Origin: Rhodoligotrophos appendicifer
GTDB lineage: Bacteria; Pseudomonadota; Alphaproteobacteria; Rhizobiales; Im1
Direction of reading: 5' to 3'
Length of the DNA: 24,000 nt
Assembly: GCF_007474605.1 (NCBI RefSeq)
Contig: NZ_VHKL01000003.1
Coordinates: 75,156 to 99,155 of the forward strand
The position numbers and the translations under genes were made by a program. Under the pieces are notes generated by a model. It saw nothing but the letters and a program-made list of their open reading frames with translations. It had not been told where the DNA came from and ran no database searches. Positions 15,778 through 23,782 of this stretch are shown here, in pieces (positions within the stretch are counted from its first letter, which is position 1; each line of letters opens with the position of its first letter).

Positions 15778-17013
15778 TCAGTTGTTCGCGGCAGGATCCC
15801 ACTTGACGAACTTGCCGTCCTTGATGACCAGCATGACACCCGACTTCGGCGTGTCGTGATCCGCATTGAAGGCGATTTTCTCTCCGCTGATACTGACTGT
15901 CGTCGCCTTTTCCAGCGCATCCCTCAGCTTAGCGCGATCCTCTTGCAGCGATTCCTTGGTGTTCTTGATATCGGCCTTCTCGACTGCATCCTTAAAAAGA
16001 TACATCGCTTCGTGGCCGTTCACCGCGAACAGGCTGATGTCCTGTCCGTGTTTGTTATTATATTCCGTAGCGAACGCCTTGATGCCGTCCCCGGCAGGAT
16101 CGTAGGAACTGGCGACCAGCATGCCTTCCATCGCCGAACCGCCGGACTTCAGCGTGTCCGCAGTCAGCTGCGAGATTCCGCCAAGGAAATACTTCGGCTT
16201 CAGCCCGCGGCGCCGCGCCTCCTTCATGAAGTTGATCGCCGGAAGGGTGTTTGCAAGCAGGTAGACCACGTCCGGATTGGCCGCCTTCAGCTCGTTGACC
16301 TGGCGAGAATAATCGGTGTCCTTTGAGACACCGTCGGTGACCGCAACCACTTCGATTCCGGCCTTTTTCAGCTCTGGAATGATGGCCTGGTCGGCGATGG
16401 ACGGAAAGTAGATGTTGTCCTTCATGATGTACAAACCGACCGTTTTTACACCCTGCTTCTTCAGGGTTTCGACGATATTCGGAATGACGTAGTTTTCGCT
16501 GAAGGTATTGCGGAATCCCCATTTCGAAATCTTGCCCAGCCCGGGCGCGCCAACGGAGGAGGAATGGACGACGATGGGAGTTCCCTGCTTGTCCAACTCG
16601 TTCAGATAATTGAAGACCGCCTGGCCAGCATTGGAGACCGAGAGCCCCTTGATGAAAAGCACCTGATCGTCGAAGACCAGCTTTTTCACCAGGGACAGGG
16701 TCTGAGCCGGATCGCCGCCCGCATCATAGCCATTTTCGGTCGGCACCACTTCAATCTTCACTTGCTTACCGTCGATGGTCATGCCGCCTTTGGCATTGAT
16801 CTCGTCTATGGCGATCTGCGAGGCCCAAAGAGCAGGAAGCCCGTACGGCGCGTAGGTTCCGGTCTGCGACTCCAGCAGTCCAATGCGGACCGTACCGTCA
16901 TCTTGCCAAGCTTGGGCGGCGCCAATGCCGCCCAACATCACTGTTGCCGCGATGAAGGCCGGCGCGATGAACCGGACCCGGTGAGAGCCGAGCGCTGCGA
17001 AATCGAATTTCAT
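15778..17013 (-). CDS. HAAT-family periplasmic substrate-binding protein (LivK-like / Peripla_BP_6)
   Basis: Inner part of ORF 15778..17091, starting MKFDFAALG (ATG 17011-17013, GGGAGG SD 6 nt upstream). Signal peptide ending GAAQA-W. Mature start VRIGLLESQTGTYAPYG is typical of the family. Confidence 0.85.
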   Translation of the reverse strand: MKFDFAALGSHRVRFIAPAFIAATVMLGGIGAAQAWQDDGTVRIGLLESQTGTYAPYGLPALWASQIAIDEINAKGGMTIDGKQVKIEVVPTENGYDAGGDPAQTLSLVKKLVFDDQVLFIKGLSVSNAGQAVFNYLNELDKQGTPIVVHSSSVGAPGLGKISKWGFRNTFSENYVIPNIVETLKKQGVKTVGLYIMKDNIYFPSIADQAIIPELKKAGIEVVAVTDGVSKDTDYSRQVNELKAANPDVVYLLANTLPAINFMKEARRRGLKPKYFLGGISQLTADTLKSGGSAMEGMLVASSYDPAGDGIKAFATEYNNKHGQDISLFAVNGHEAMYLFKDAVEKADIKNTKESLQEDRAKLRDALEKATTVSISGEKIAFNADHDTPKSGVMLVIKDGKFVKWDPAANN

Positions 17014-17114
17014 GTTGTCCTCCCTTGTCGGTGGAACCCGCCGAGCGTTCTGTGCGCTCGCAGTGGGTAAACCGATGGCCCAAGCCGTCATTAACGTTGC
17101 CGAACAGCCCCACT

Positions 17115-17150
17115 ATTGTCAATGCGAAAGTCTTATTGTCACAAGACAAT
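17115..17150. promoter_or_regulatory. Composite operator copy 2: ATTGTCAA-N12-ATTGTCacaaGACAAT
   Basis: Box at 17115-17122 and inverted repeat at 17135-17150. The arms extend to a perfect 8 bp, TTATTGTC/GACAATAA (17133-17152). It lies between the CMD gene stop (17210) and the LivK-like start (17013). Confidence 0.7.
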
Positions 17151-17153
17151 AAA

Positions 17154-17177
17154 GGGGCGAGATCCGAAGCTGCGCCC
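17154..17177 (-). terminator. Possible weak terminator or processing hairpin after the CMD gene
   Basis: GGGCG/CGCCC stem plus 2 further pairs around a bulge. On the minus strand it is followed by CTTTATTGTCTT, a T-rich tract that overlaps operator copy 2. The stem is imperfect and the loop long. Confidence 0.25.
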
Positions 17178-17209
17178 AGAGTTTGATGTCGATGAACGCC
17201 CTCATCTCT

Positions 17210-17587
17210 TCAGAGTTGACCCATCTCCGTCAGCACTTCCTCTGCAGCCTTGTAGCTCTCGACCGCTGCCGGGAGGCCGCAATAGAGGATGCATTGGTAG
17301 AGCACCTCCTGGATCTCATCGACCGTGCAGCCATTGTTGATCGCCGAGCGCACATGAAACTTGAATTCGGTGATGCGGTTCAGCGCCGTCAGCGTCGCTA
17401 GGAGCAACAGGCTCCGGGTCTTGCGCTCCAGTCCGGGGCGGTCCCAGACGTCGCCGAAGCAGTTCTCCTCGGAGAAGACCCGTATCGGTGTGTTGAACGG
17501 GCTATAGCTTTTTTCGCGGCGCTCGAAATATTCCTTACCGAGCACTTCCGACATGATCTTGCGGCCGGTTTCTCTTTTTTTATTCAC
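17210..17587 (-). CDS. Carboxymuconolactone decarboxylase (CMD/PcaC-like, AhpD-fold) family protein
   Basis: 125-aa ORF. N-terminal region R..IMSEVLGKEYFERRE and the core TVDEIQEVLYQCILYCGLPAAVESY match the CMD family pattern. GTG start with GGGAG 7 nt upstream. Confidence 0.8.
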   Translation of the reverse strand: MNKKRETGRKIMSEVLGKEYFERREKSYSPFNTPIRVFSEENCFGDVWDRPGLERKTRSLLLLATLTALNRITEFKFHVRSAINNGCTVDEIQEVLYQCILYCGLPAAVESYKAAEEVLTEMGQL

Positions 17588-17620
17588 TTCCTGTCTCCCT
17601 ATGGACCTGATGATTTAAAG

Positions 17621-18268
17621 TCAGGATTGCGGGCGCAGGGTCATCAAGGCATCGGCTGCGACGACACCCCGTCCCTCGGGCCGTACGATGACCGGATTGA
17701 TCTCGATCTCCTCGATAACGGCGGCATGCTCGGCAAAAAAGCGCGAGAGGTTCACCACGAGTTCGGTAAGCGCGGCAATGTCTCCCGCCGGTCGCCCCCG
17801 CACTCCTCTAAGGAGTTTGGCGGCCTTCTGCATGGTGATGGCCCGCAGCGCAGTGTCATGGTCTAGGGGGGCGAGCCTTACCTTCTGATCGTCGAACAAC
17901 TCGACGAAGATCCCGCCTGCACCAATAACCACGATGGGTCCGAAGGTGGCGTCATGCCGGCAGCCGACGATCCATTCGGCGACCCCATCTCCGATCATCT
18001 CTTCGATCAGAAGGACGCCTTCGCTGTCCTTCGCCGTCATGGTCGCCCCGGCGGCCCTTGCGTCCTCAGCCGCGACATTCAATTTGACCAGACCATGCTC
18101 GGTCTTATGCGGAAAGCGGTCCGAGGCGAGCTTCACCACACATCGGCCCTCCTTCGGGTCCCGTTCTGGAACGGGGACTAGGGCGGCACTGAGCAGTGCC
18201 TTTGTATCGGCTTCATGCACAACGTGGCGCCCCGCTCTCGCCCAGGACGCGAGTGTTTCGCGCGCCAT
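17621..18268 (-). CDS. ADP-forming acyl-CoA synthetase beta subunit (ATP-grasp domain, acetate--CoA ligase family)
   Basis: 215-aa ORF with ATP-grasp_5-like sequence (VVKLASDRFPHKTEHGLVKLNV; LIEEMI...AEWIVGCRHDATFGPIVVIGAGGIFVE; EINPVIV). Its ATG overlaps the alpha-subunit TAA (TAATG at 18266-18270). Confidence 0.8.
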   Translation of the reverse strand: MARETLASWARAGRHVVHEADTKALLSAALVPVPERDPKEGRCVVKLASDRFPHKTEHGLVKLNVAAEDARAAGATMTAKDSEGVLLIEEMIGDGVAEWIVGCRHDATFGPIVVIGAGGIFVELFDDQKVRLAPLDHDTALRAITMQKAAKLLRGVRGRPAGDIAALTELVVNLSRFFAEHAAVIEEIEINPVIVRPEGRGVVAADALMTLRPQS

Positions 18269-19686
18269 TACATAACCCCCGAGAAGCGCGCAATCGCCTT
18301 CAAACCAGTGAGTGCCCTTATCGGCGCATCGAATACTGGAAAGGATCGTGCATGGAATGCAGCCAGTGGTGCGGGACTTAAACTCTCCGGCGCCGTCCAG
18401 ACCACGAGCAAAGGCTTGTCGGTCGCTGCAGCGGCATCCATTACCACATGAGCAAATTCCTCATGCTTGGCGAAAGTAATGATGACGATGACGGCATCGA
18501 TCCCCTCATCTGCCAATGTGAGCTCAATGACGTTCTTGAACATGCCCGGGCTCGACAGCGCGGCGCCGGTGAGGTCCACCGGGTTTCGCGTAGCGGCGAA
18601 ATAGGGAAGTGACTTGCGGATCTCCTGCTGCAAACCATCTGCGAAGCGGGGGACCTCGAAGCCGCCGGCCTCGAACACATCGCTTGCTTCGACAGCAAGC
18701 CCGCCGGCGATAGAGATAATCCCCACATTGCGGCCTCCCAGGGTCTTTCCCAAAGAGAGAGCGGCACCGGCATCTATTGCCGCTGTGAGGTCAGGCGCCC
18801 GTACAATGGACAACTCCTCGAACACACCGTCCACCACCTTATCGTCGCCGGCAATGGCTCCGGTGTGGGTGCCTACGGCCTCGGCGGCTGCCCTTCCGCG
18901 GCCTGGTTTTTCGATGACAATTCCCTTGCGGCCCCTCAAGCGCCGCGCGACTTCGACGAAGCGATCCGCGTCTCGGATCTGCTCGAGATAGCACACGATA
19001 GTGTTGGCACCTTCGTCTTCGGCCAGCCACTCCAGCGCATCGGTGCAAGTGATGTCGGTTTCGTTCCCTGTGCTGATCAGCGTCCTAATTCCTACTCCCA
19101 TGCGGTTGAGGCGATGGGCGATGGCCCCCGAAACAGCTCCAGATTGCGCCACGATGGCAATCGACCCAGGCTTGAGGCCAAGCGTCATCAGACTGAAGGT
19201 CACGAAGGTCTTGGTGGACGGCACCACATACCCTTCGCAGTTCGGGCCGAGCAGTCGATAGGGCGCAGTTCTGAGGGCCTCGACCAACTGCTCCTGCAGA
19301 ACACGACCGGGCTCGCCCGCTTCGGCGAAACCGGAGGTGATCGCCGCGACCAGCTTGATCTCCTTTACAGCGCAGTCGTTTAAACTCGCGATCAAATGCT
19401 CGGACGGCACGATGACCACGGCCACTTCGACCGGGCCCTCTATATCGGTGAGCCTGGCATAGCAGCGGTGCCCCAAGACTTCGTCGGCAGACTTGTTGAC
19501 TGGATAGACCTGTCCCTCGAAGCCGGACTCGACCAGCATCTTGAGCACGAGATGGCCCAACTTCCGCGGATCAGTGGATGCGCCAATGATCGCAACGCTC
19601 TTTGCATGGAAGGCAGCCTGCAGCGCATTGGCAGCAAGCGGTCTGGTGTTTGCCGACGGAATCGGGTTGAGGCCTGCGCCGTGCAT
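18268..19686 (-). CDS. ADP-forming acyl-CoA synthetase alpha subunit (CoA-binding + succinyl-CoA-synthetase-like flavodoxin domains)
   Basis: 472-aa ORF. CoA-binding start KSVAIIGASTDPRKLG. LLGPNCEG. Phosphohistidine-loop-like VGTHTGAIAG. Its ATG overlaps the AMP-ligase TAA (TAATG at 19684-19688). Confidence 0.85.
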   Translation of the reverse strand: MHGAGLNPIPSANTRPLAANALQAAFHAKSVAIIGASTDPRKLGHLVLKMLVESGFEGQVYPVNKSADEVLGHRCYARLTDIEGPVEVAVVIVPSEHLIASLNDCAVKEIKLVAAITSGFAEAGEPGRVLQEQLVEALRTAPYRLLGPNCEGYVVPSTKTFVTFSLMTLGLKPGSIAIVAQSGAVSGAIAHRLNRMGVGIRTLISTGNETDITCTDALEWLAEDEGANTIVCYLEQIRDADRFVEVARRLRGRKGIVIEKPGRGRAAAEAVGTHTGAIAGDDKVVDGVFEELSIVRAPDLTAAIDAGAALSLGKTLGGRNVGIISIAGGLAVEASDVFEAGGFEVPRFADGLQQEIRKSLPYFAATRNPVDLTGAALSSPGMFKNVIELTLADEGIDAVIVIITFAKHEEFAHVVMDAAAATDKPLLVVWTAPESLSPAPLAAFHARSFPVFDAPIRALTGLKAIARFSGVM

Positions 19687-21248
19687 TACGCTACCGTTCT
19701 CTGCAGCGCTGCCGCCGCATCCTGATTGCGCAAAGCTTGCCGATTGACCTTGCCCGACGGCGTTTTTGGCAGCTCGTTCACAAATTCGATGATCCGGGGA
19801 AACTCGTGCTGCGCCAGCCTGTTCCGGGTGAACGTCTGCAGGTCTTCGGCGAGCTTTGGACCCCTGGCGCCACCGGTCACCACGAAGGCTTTGACCACCT
19901 GGCCGCGTAACTCGTCGGGCACCCCGATCACGGCCGCCTCAGCCACGGAATCGTGCTTTAGGAGGGTGTCCTCTATCTCCTTTGCGCTCATGGTCCATCC
20001 GGCGGAGATGATGACATCGTCCGCCCGCCCACCATGGTAGAAATAGCCCTCCTTGTCGGTCCAACCGAGATCTTTGGTGCGGACCCACTCGCCACCACGT
20101 TCGACGACCAGTTCGCCAATGGCATGCGGGGCGCAGACATTACCGTTTGCGTCATGCACTTCGACCTTCACCCCCGGCACCGCCTTTCCGAGAGAGCGCG
20201 GCTTCACTTGAATATCCTTGGCGCCCGGATAGTTTACCAAAATGACGCCGACTTCAGTGGTTCCATACATGCTGCAAGCACGCTGACCGAAGGTTTCGAT
20301 AATGAAGTCCTCGGTCGCTGTGTCTGTGGGTTCACCCGTATAAGTCAACTTTTCGATGTAGTACTTGTGGTTCCCGGCCTGACCGCTGTTCTTCATCAGT
20401 CGGTAATGGGTGGCGGCCGCTGAAAGATTAGTGATGCGATGATCCTCTAATGCTCTCAGCAACCTCGCGGCATCGAAAGGCCCAGACCAAGCCCAGATCT
20501 TCACGCCGAGTGCCAGCGGAGCAAGAGTGCCGTGCCAGAGGCCGTGCCCCCAGGCGGGAGAGGAAGGACAGAGAAAGCGATCCTCGGGCCGGATTCCTGT
20601 GCCGTAGAGTGCCGCGACCATGACCGTGACCACAGCCTTATGCCGGTGCTTTACTGCATCAGGTAGCTCACGCGTGGTCCCCGACGTGTACTGAAACATC
20701 GCCATGTCATTGCCGGAGGTCTCAGCCTCGAACTGATCACTCTCAGTCTCAACCTCGGCTAGAAACGCCTCGTCGGCGACGATAACTTCTGTCGCACCGA
20801 AGCCATGGGCGATCCCGGCCTTCGCCGGGTCGACGATCAGCACCTTTGGCTTGCAATCATCGACACGGAGCGCCAAGCCGTCTCGCCCGAAAAGTGTATA
20901 GAGCGGCACCGCGACAGCACCCGCCTTCATGGCTCCGAACAAGCTAAAATAGAAGGGGAGCGAGGGATCCAGCATGATCGCCACTCGGTCGCCCTTCTCG
21001 CACCCCTTGCGCACGAGGAAATTGGCGAAACGATTCGACCATCGGCTGACATCCTCGATAGCCAGCAGGATTTCCGGACCCTCCTTCCGCAGGATGGTGA
21101 TGGTAACGTCCTTCCCCACGTGACGATCGACGCATTCTGTGGCGATATTCAGTCGCTCTTCATCACCGTCGAGAAGCGCCCATAAGTGCTCGCGGGAAAA
21201 TTGGGACTGCGCATCTTGGTAAGAAGCGAAATCTGTCAGCTTCGGCAT
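19686..21248 (-). CDS. AMP-forming acyl-CoA synthetase / AMP-dependent ligase
   Basis: Inner part of ORF 19686..21329 (whose annotated start is TTG), beginning MPKLTDFASYQD (ATG 21246-21248, GGAGG 7 nt upstream). Adenylation motifs include YTSGTTRELPDAVKH (an atypical A3), YGTTE and LPKTPSGKVNRQALR. Confidence 0.9.
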   Translation of the reverse strand: MPKLTDFASYQDAQSQFSREHLWALLDGDEERLNIATECVDRHVGKDVTITILRKEGPEILLAIEDVSRWSNRFANFLVRKGCEKGDRVAIMLDPSLPFYFSLFGAMKAGAVAVPLYTLFGRDGLALRVDDCKPKVLIVDPAKAGIAHGFGATEVIVADEAFLAEVETESDQFEAETSGNDMAMFQYTSGTTRELPDAVKHRHKAVVTVMVAALYGTGIRPEDRFLCPSSPAWGHGLWHGTLAPLALGVKIWAWSGPFDAARLLRALEDHRITNLSAAATHYRLMKNSGQAGNHKYYIEKLTYTGEPTDTATEDFIIETFGQRACSMYGTTEVGVILVNYPGAKDIQVKPRSLGKAVPGVKVEVHDANGNVCAPHAIGELVVERGGEWVRTKDLGWTDKEGYFYHGGRADDVIISAGWTMSAKEIEDTLLKHDSVAEAAVIGVPDELRGQVVKAFVVTGGARGPKLAEDLQTFTRNRLAQHEFPRIIEFVNELPKTPSGKVNRQALRNQDAAAALQRTVA

Positions 21249-21379
21249 GGAGGGGCCTCCTCGGGACGATCTTTCTCCTCCCCGACGAGAGCCTGCGGCT
21301 GAGGGAGAGCGGCAATTGTCACTCCGCAACGAGCGGAAGAAGGAAATCTGATGCCAAATCGATATTGATCAGAAAGGAT

Positions 21380-21415
21380 ATTGTCAATATGCATATTAAA
21401 TTGTATATGTACAAT
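21380..21415. promoter_or_regulatory. Composite operator copy 3: ATTGTCAA-N12-ATTGTAtatgTACAAT, in the divergent iclR / acyl-CoA ligase region
   Basis: Box at 21380-21387 and inverted repeat at 21400-21415. It ends 17 nt before the preferred iclR ATG (21433) and lies 132 nt upstream of the ligase ATG (21248). Confidence 0.75.
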
Positions 21416-21432
21416 AAATGCATGAGGGAGCT

Positions 21433-22239
21433 ATGCCGGATACAGCCGCTGGAAAGCCTAAAGTCATTCGTCCCGTCCCTGCTGTGTCGCGGGCGATCGC
21501 AGTGCTCAGATACCTAGCGAAGACTGATCAGCCGCAAGGCGTCGTACAACTCGCCAAGGCGCTTGAGATAATCCCAAGCACGTGCCTCCATATTCTGCGT
21601 GTCCTTGACAGTGAGGGGCTCGTCTCCTTCGACCCCGTGACGAAGAAATATCAGCTGGCGGCCGGCGTGCTCGCCCTGGCGAACGATTTCGTCAGCAAGA
21701 ACTCCTTGGTCCAGGTTGTCCGCCCGCATCTCGAGGAGGTCTCGCGCCGTCATCGCTGCACCGCCGTCGCTGTCGAGCCCAGTGGTAACAATCATTTCAT
21801 TGTTATCGCCACCACTGACCTCAATCCCGGCCTGTCTGTTCGCGTGACAGTCGGCACCCGCGTCCCTGCGTTGCTTAGCGCCACCGGCCGCTGCCTCGCT
21901 GCCTATGGCAATTGGTCGAAGGATGAGCTGCGCAAAAAATTCGCAGGCCTCCGTTGGCAGAACCCGCCAACATTCGAAACTTGGTACCAAGAAGTCGAGC
22001 ACACTCGCGAAGTCGGCTACGCCGTCGACCGCGACAACTATATCCTGGGCTTTACCATCGTCGCCGCACCGATTCTGCAGGACCCGGAGGCAAGCAAGGG
22101 ACTTATCGGCGCCATCGTCGCCCTGGGTCTGTCGGGTCAGTTGGTGGATGACCGGCTAGAAAGCCTTGCGCTAGATTTGCAGCGGGCCACGAAGCGCGTG
22201 ACCGCTCAGCTCGGCCACGCTTCCTCAAGTAGTCGCTAG
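21433..22239 (+). CDS. IclR-family transcriptional regulator
   Basis: ORF 21418..22239. N-terminal wHTH (VSRAIAVLRYLAKTDQPQGVVQLAKALEIIPSTCLHILRVLDSEGLV) followed by an IclR-type effector domain. The start is preferred at ATG 21433 (GAGGGAG SD just upstream), because ATG 21418 lies directly against the palindrome. Confidence 0.85.
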   Translation: MPDTAAGKPKVIRPVPAVSRAIAVLRYLAKTDQPQGVVQLAKALEIIPSTCLHILRVLDSEGLVSFDPVTKKYQLAAGVLALANDFVSKNSLVQVVRPHLEEVSRRHRCTAVAVEPSGNNHFIVIATTDLNPGLSVRVTVGTRVPALLSATGRCLAAYGNWSKDELRKKFAGLRWQNPPTFETWYQEVEHTREVGYAVDRDNYILGFTIVAAPILQDPEASKGLIGAIVALGLSGQLVDDRLESLALDLQRATKRVTAQLGHASSSSR

Positions 22240-22250
22240 ACGCCGGTCCT

Positions 22251-23735
22251 TCAGCTTGCATAGGCGTCGGCGTAACTTCCACCCAGGCTCATGATCGTCG
22301 AGCGCGTCTCCAGATAGGCATCCAACGCCTCTGGACCATTCTCCCGTCCAAGGCCGCTGACTTTGAAGCCACCATAGGGGATGTTCCAACGCAAATAACG
22401 ATAGGTGTTCACCCATACGGTCCCAGCCTGGATCTGGTTCGCGACCCGGTGCGCCCGACCAACATTCTGTGACCAGATACCAGCAGTGAGCCCGTACTGC
22501 GTGCCGTTGGCGATGGCGACCGCATCCTCTTCAGTCTTGAACGGGATGACTGAGCAGACTGGGCCGAAGATCTCCTCCTGGGCGATCCGCATGTCATTGT
22601 TCACATCGCTGAAGACCGTCGGTTCGACGAAATAGCCGCCCCGGAATTCGTCGCCCCCCAACCGCTTGCCACCCGCTACCAGCTTGGCCCCTTCGTCCCG
22701 GCCGATGGCAACATATCGGAGCGTTTTTTCCAATTGCTGTGCGCTGGCTTGCGGACCCATCTGGGTTCCCTCCTCAAGCGGCATCCCGACCTTGACGCGT
22801 CCGGCTCGGCGTCCGAGTTCCTCCACCACCTGCCGGTAGATGGGCTCATGCACCAGAAGTCGCGATCCGAGCGCGCAGCTCTGGCCGCAAGCCATGAAGG
22901 CCGCGTGCGTTGCGGCATTCATGGCGGAGGGAATGTCCGCATCGTCGAAGATGATATGCGGTGACTTTCCGCCATTCTCGAAAGACAGCCGCTTGAGCGT
23001 GCCGGCCGCGCTTTTCATGATCGCCTGCGCCGTGCGATGGTCACCCGTGAAGGAGATCTTGTGAACATCGGGATGGGCCACGAGATGCGCCCCGTTGGTC
23101 TTGCCGTGTCCTGGCACGACATTCAGGACCCCTTTCGGAAGTCCAGCGGCCTCGGCAATCTTTGCCATGACCAATGCCGTGACCGAGGTGGTTTCCGCAG
23201 GTTTGAGCACCACCGTACATCCTGCCGCGAGCGCCGGCCCGATTTTCCAGGCTGAGAGAAGCAACGGCGCGTTCCATGGCACGATGGCTCCGACCACGCC
23301 AACGGGCACGCGTGTCGTGTAGACGTGCATACTGGGATCGACGGGAATCATGCGTCCGTCGATCTTGTCTGCCAGGCCTGCGTAGTAATGGTACCATTGG
23401 CTGTGCGCGCCGATATCAGGTCGCGTTTCCCGGATCGGGCGTCCGTTGTCGCGAGATTCGAGCGTCGCAAGTTCACTCGTATGCTGCTCGTAGAGAGAGG
23501 CGAAGCGGCGCAGAATCCCCGCTCGTTCGTAGACGCTCATCCGAGACCAGGGTCCGCGCAGAGCCTCATTGGCGGCAGCCACCGCTCGGTCCACATCCGC
23601 CGTGCCGCCGAACTGAACCTTCGCCCAAGGGACTCCGGTCGATGGATCGATGGAGTCCACCATCTCTCCATCTAATGATGCGACCCATTCGCCGCCGATA
23701 AAGAGCTTGTCGTGCAGCCTGAGCTGTTCGTTCAT
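22251..23735 (-). CDS. NAD(P)+-dependent aldehyde dehydrogenase
   Basis: Inner part of ORF 22251..23771, starting MNEQLRLHDKLFIGGEW (ATG 23733-23735, GGGAGG SD). ALDH hallmarks: VLKPAETTS, FENGGKSP, catalytic Cys context ACGQSCALGSRL, and EEIFGPV. Confidence 0.9.
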   Translation of the reverse strand: MNEQLRLHDKLFIGGEWVASLDGEMVDSIDPSTGVPWAKVQFGGTADVDRAVAAANEALRGPWSRMSVYERAGILRRFASLYEQHTSELATLESRDNGRPIRETRPDIGAHSQWYHYYAGLADKIDGRMIPVDPSMHVYTTRVPVGVVGAIVPWNAPLLLSAWKIGPALAAGCTVVLKPAETTSVTALVMAKIAEAAGLPKGVLNVVPGHGKTNGAHLVAHPDVHKISFTGDHRTAQAIMKSAAGTLKRLSFENGGKSPHIIFDDADIPSAMNAATHAAFMACGQSCALGSRLLVHEPIYRQVVEELGRRAGRVKVGMPLEEGTQMGPQASAQQLEKTLRYVAIGRDEGAKLVAGGKRLGGDEFRGGYFVEPTVFSDVNNDMRIAQEEIFGPVCSVIPFKTEEDAVAIANGTQYGLTAGIWSQNVGRAHRVANQIQAGTVWVNTYRYLRWNIPYGGFKVSGLGRENGPEALDAYLETRSTIMSLGGSYADAYAS

Positions 23736-23782
23736 GGCATCCTCCCATTCGCAACGGCAATGGGCGCCCACCCTCGCCGCGC

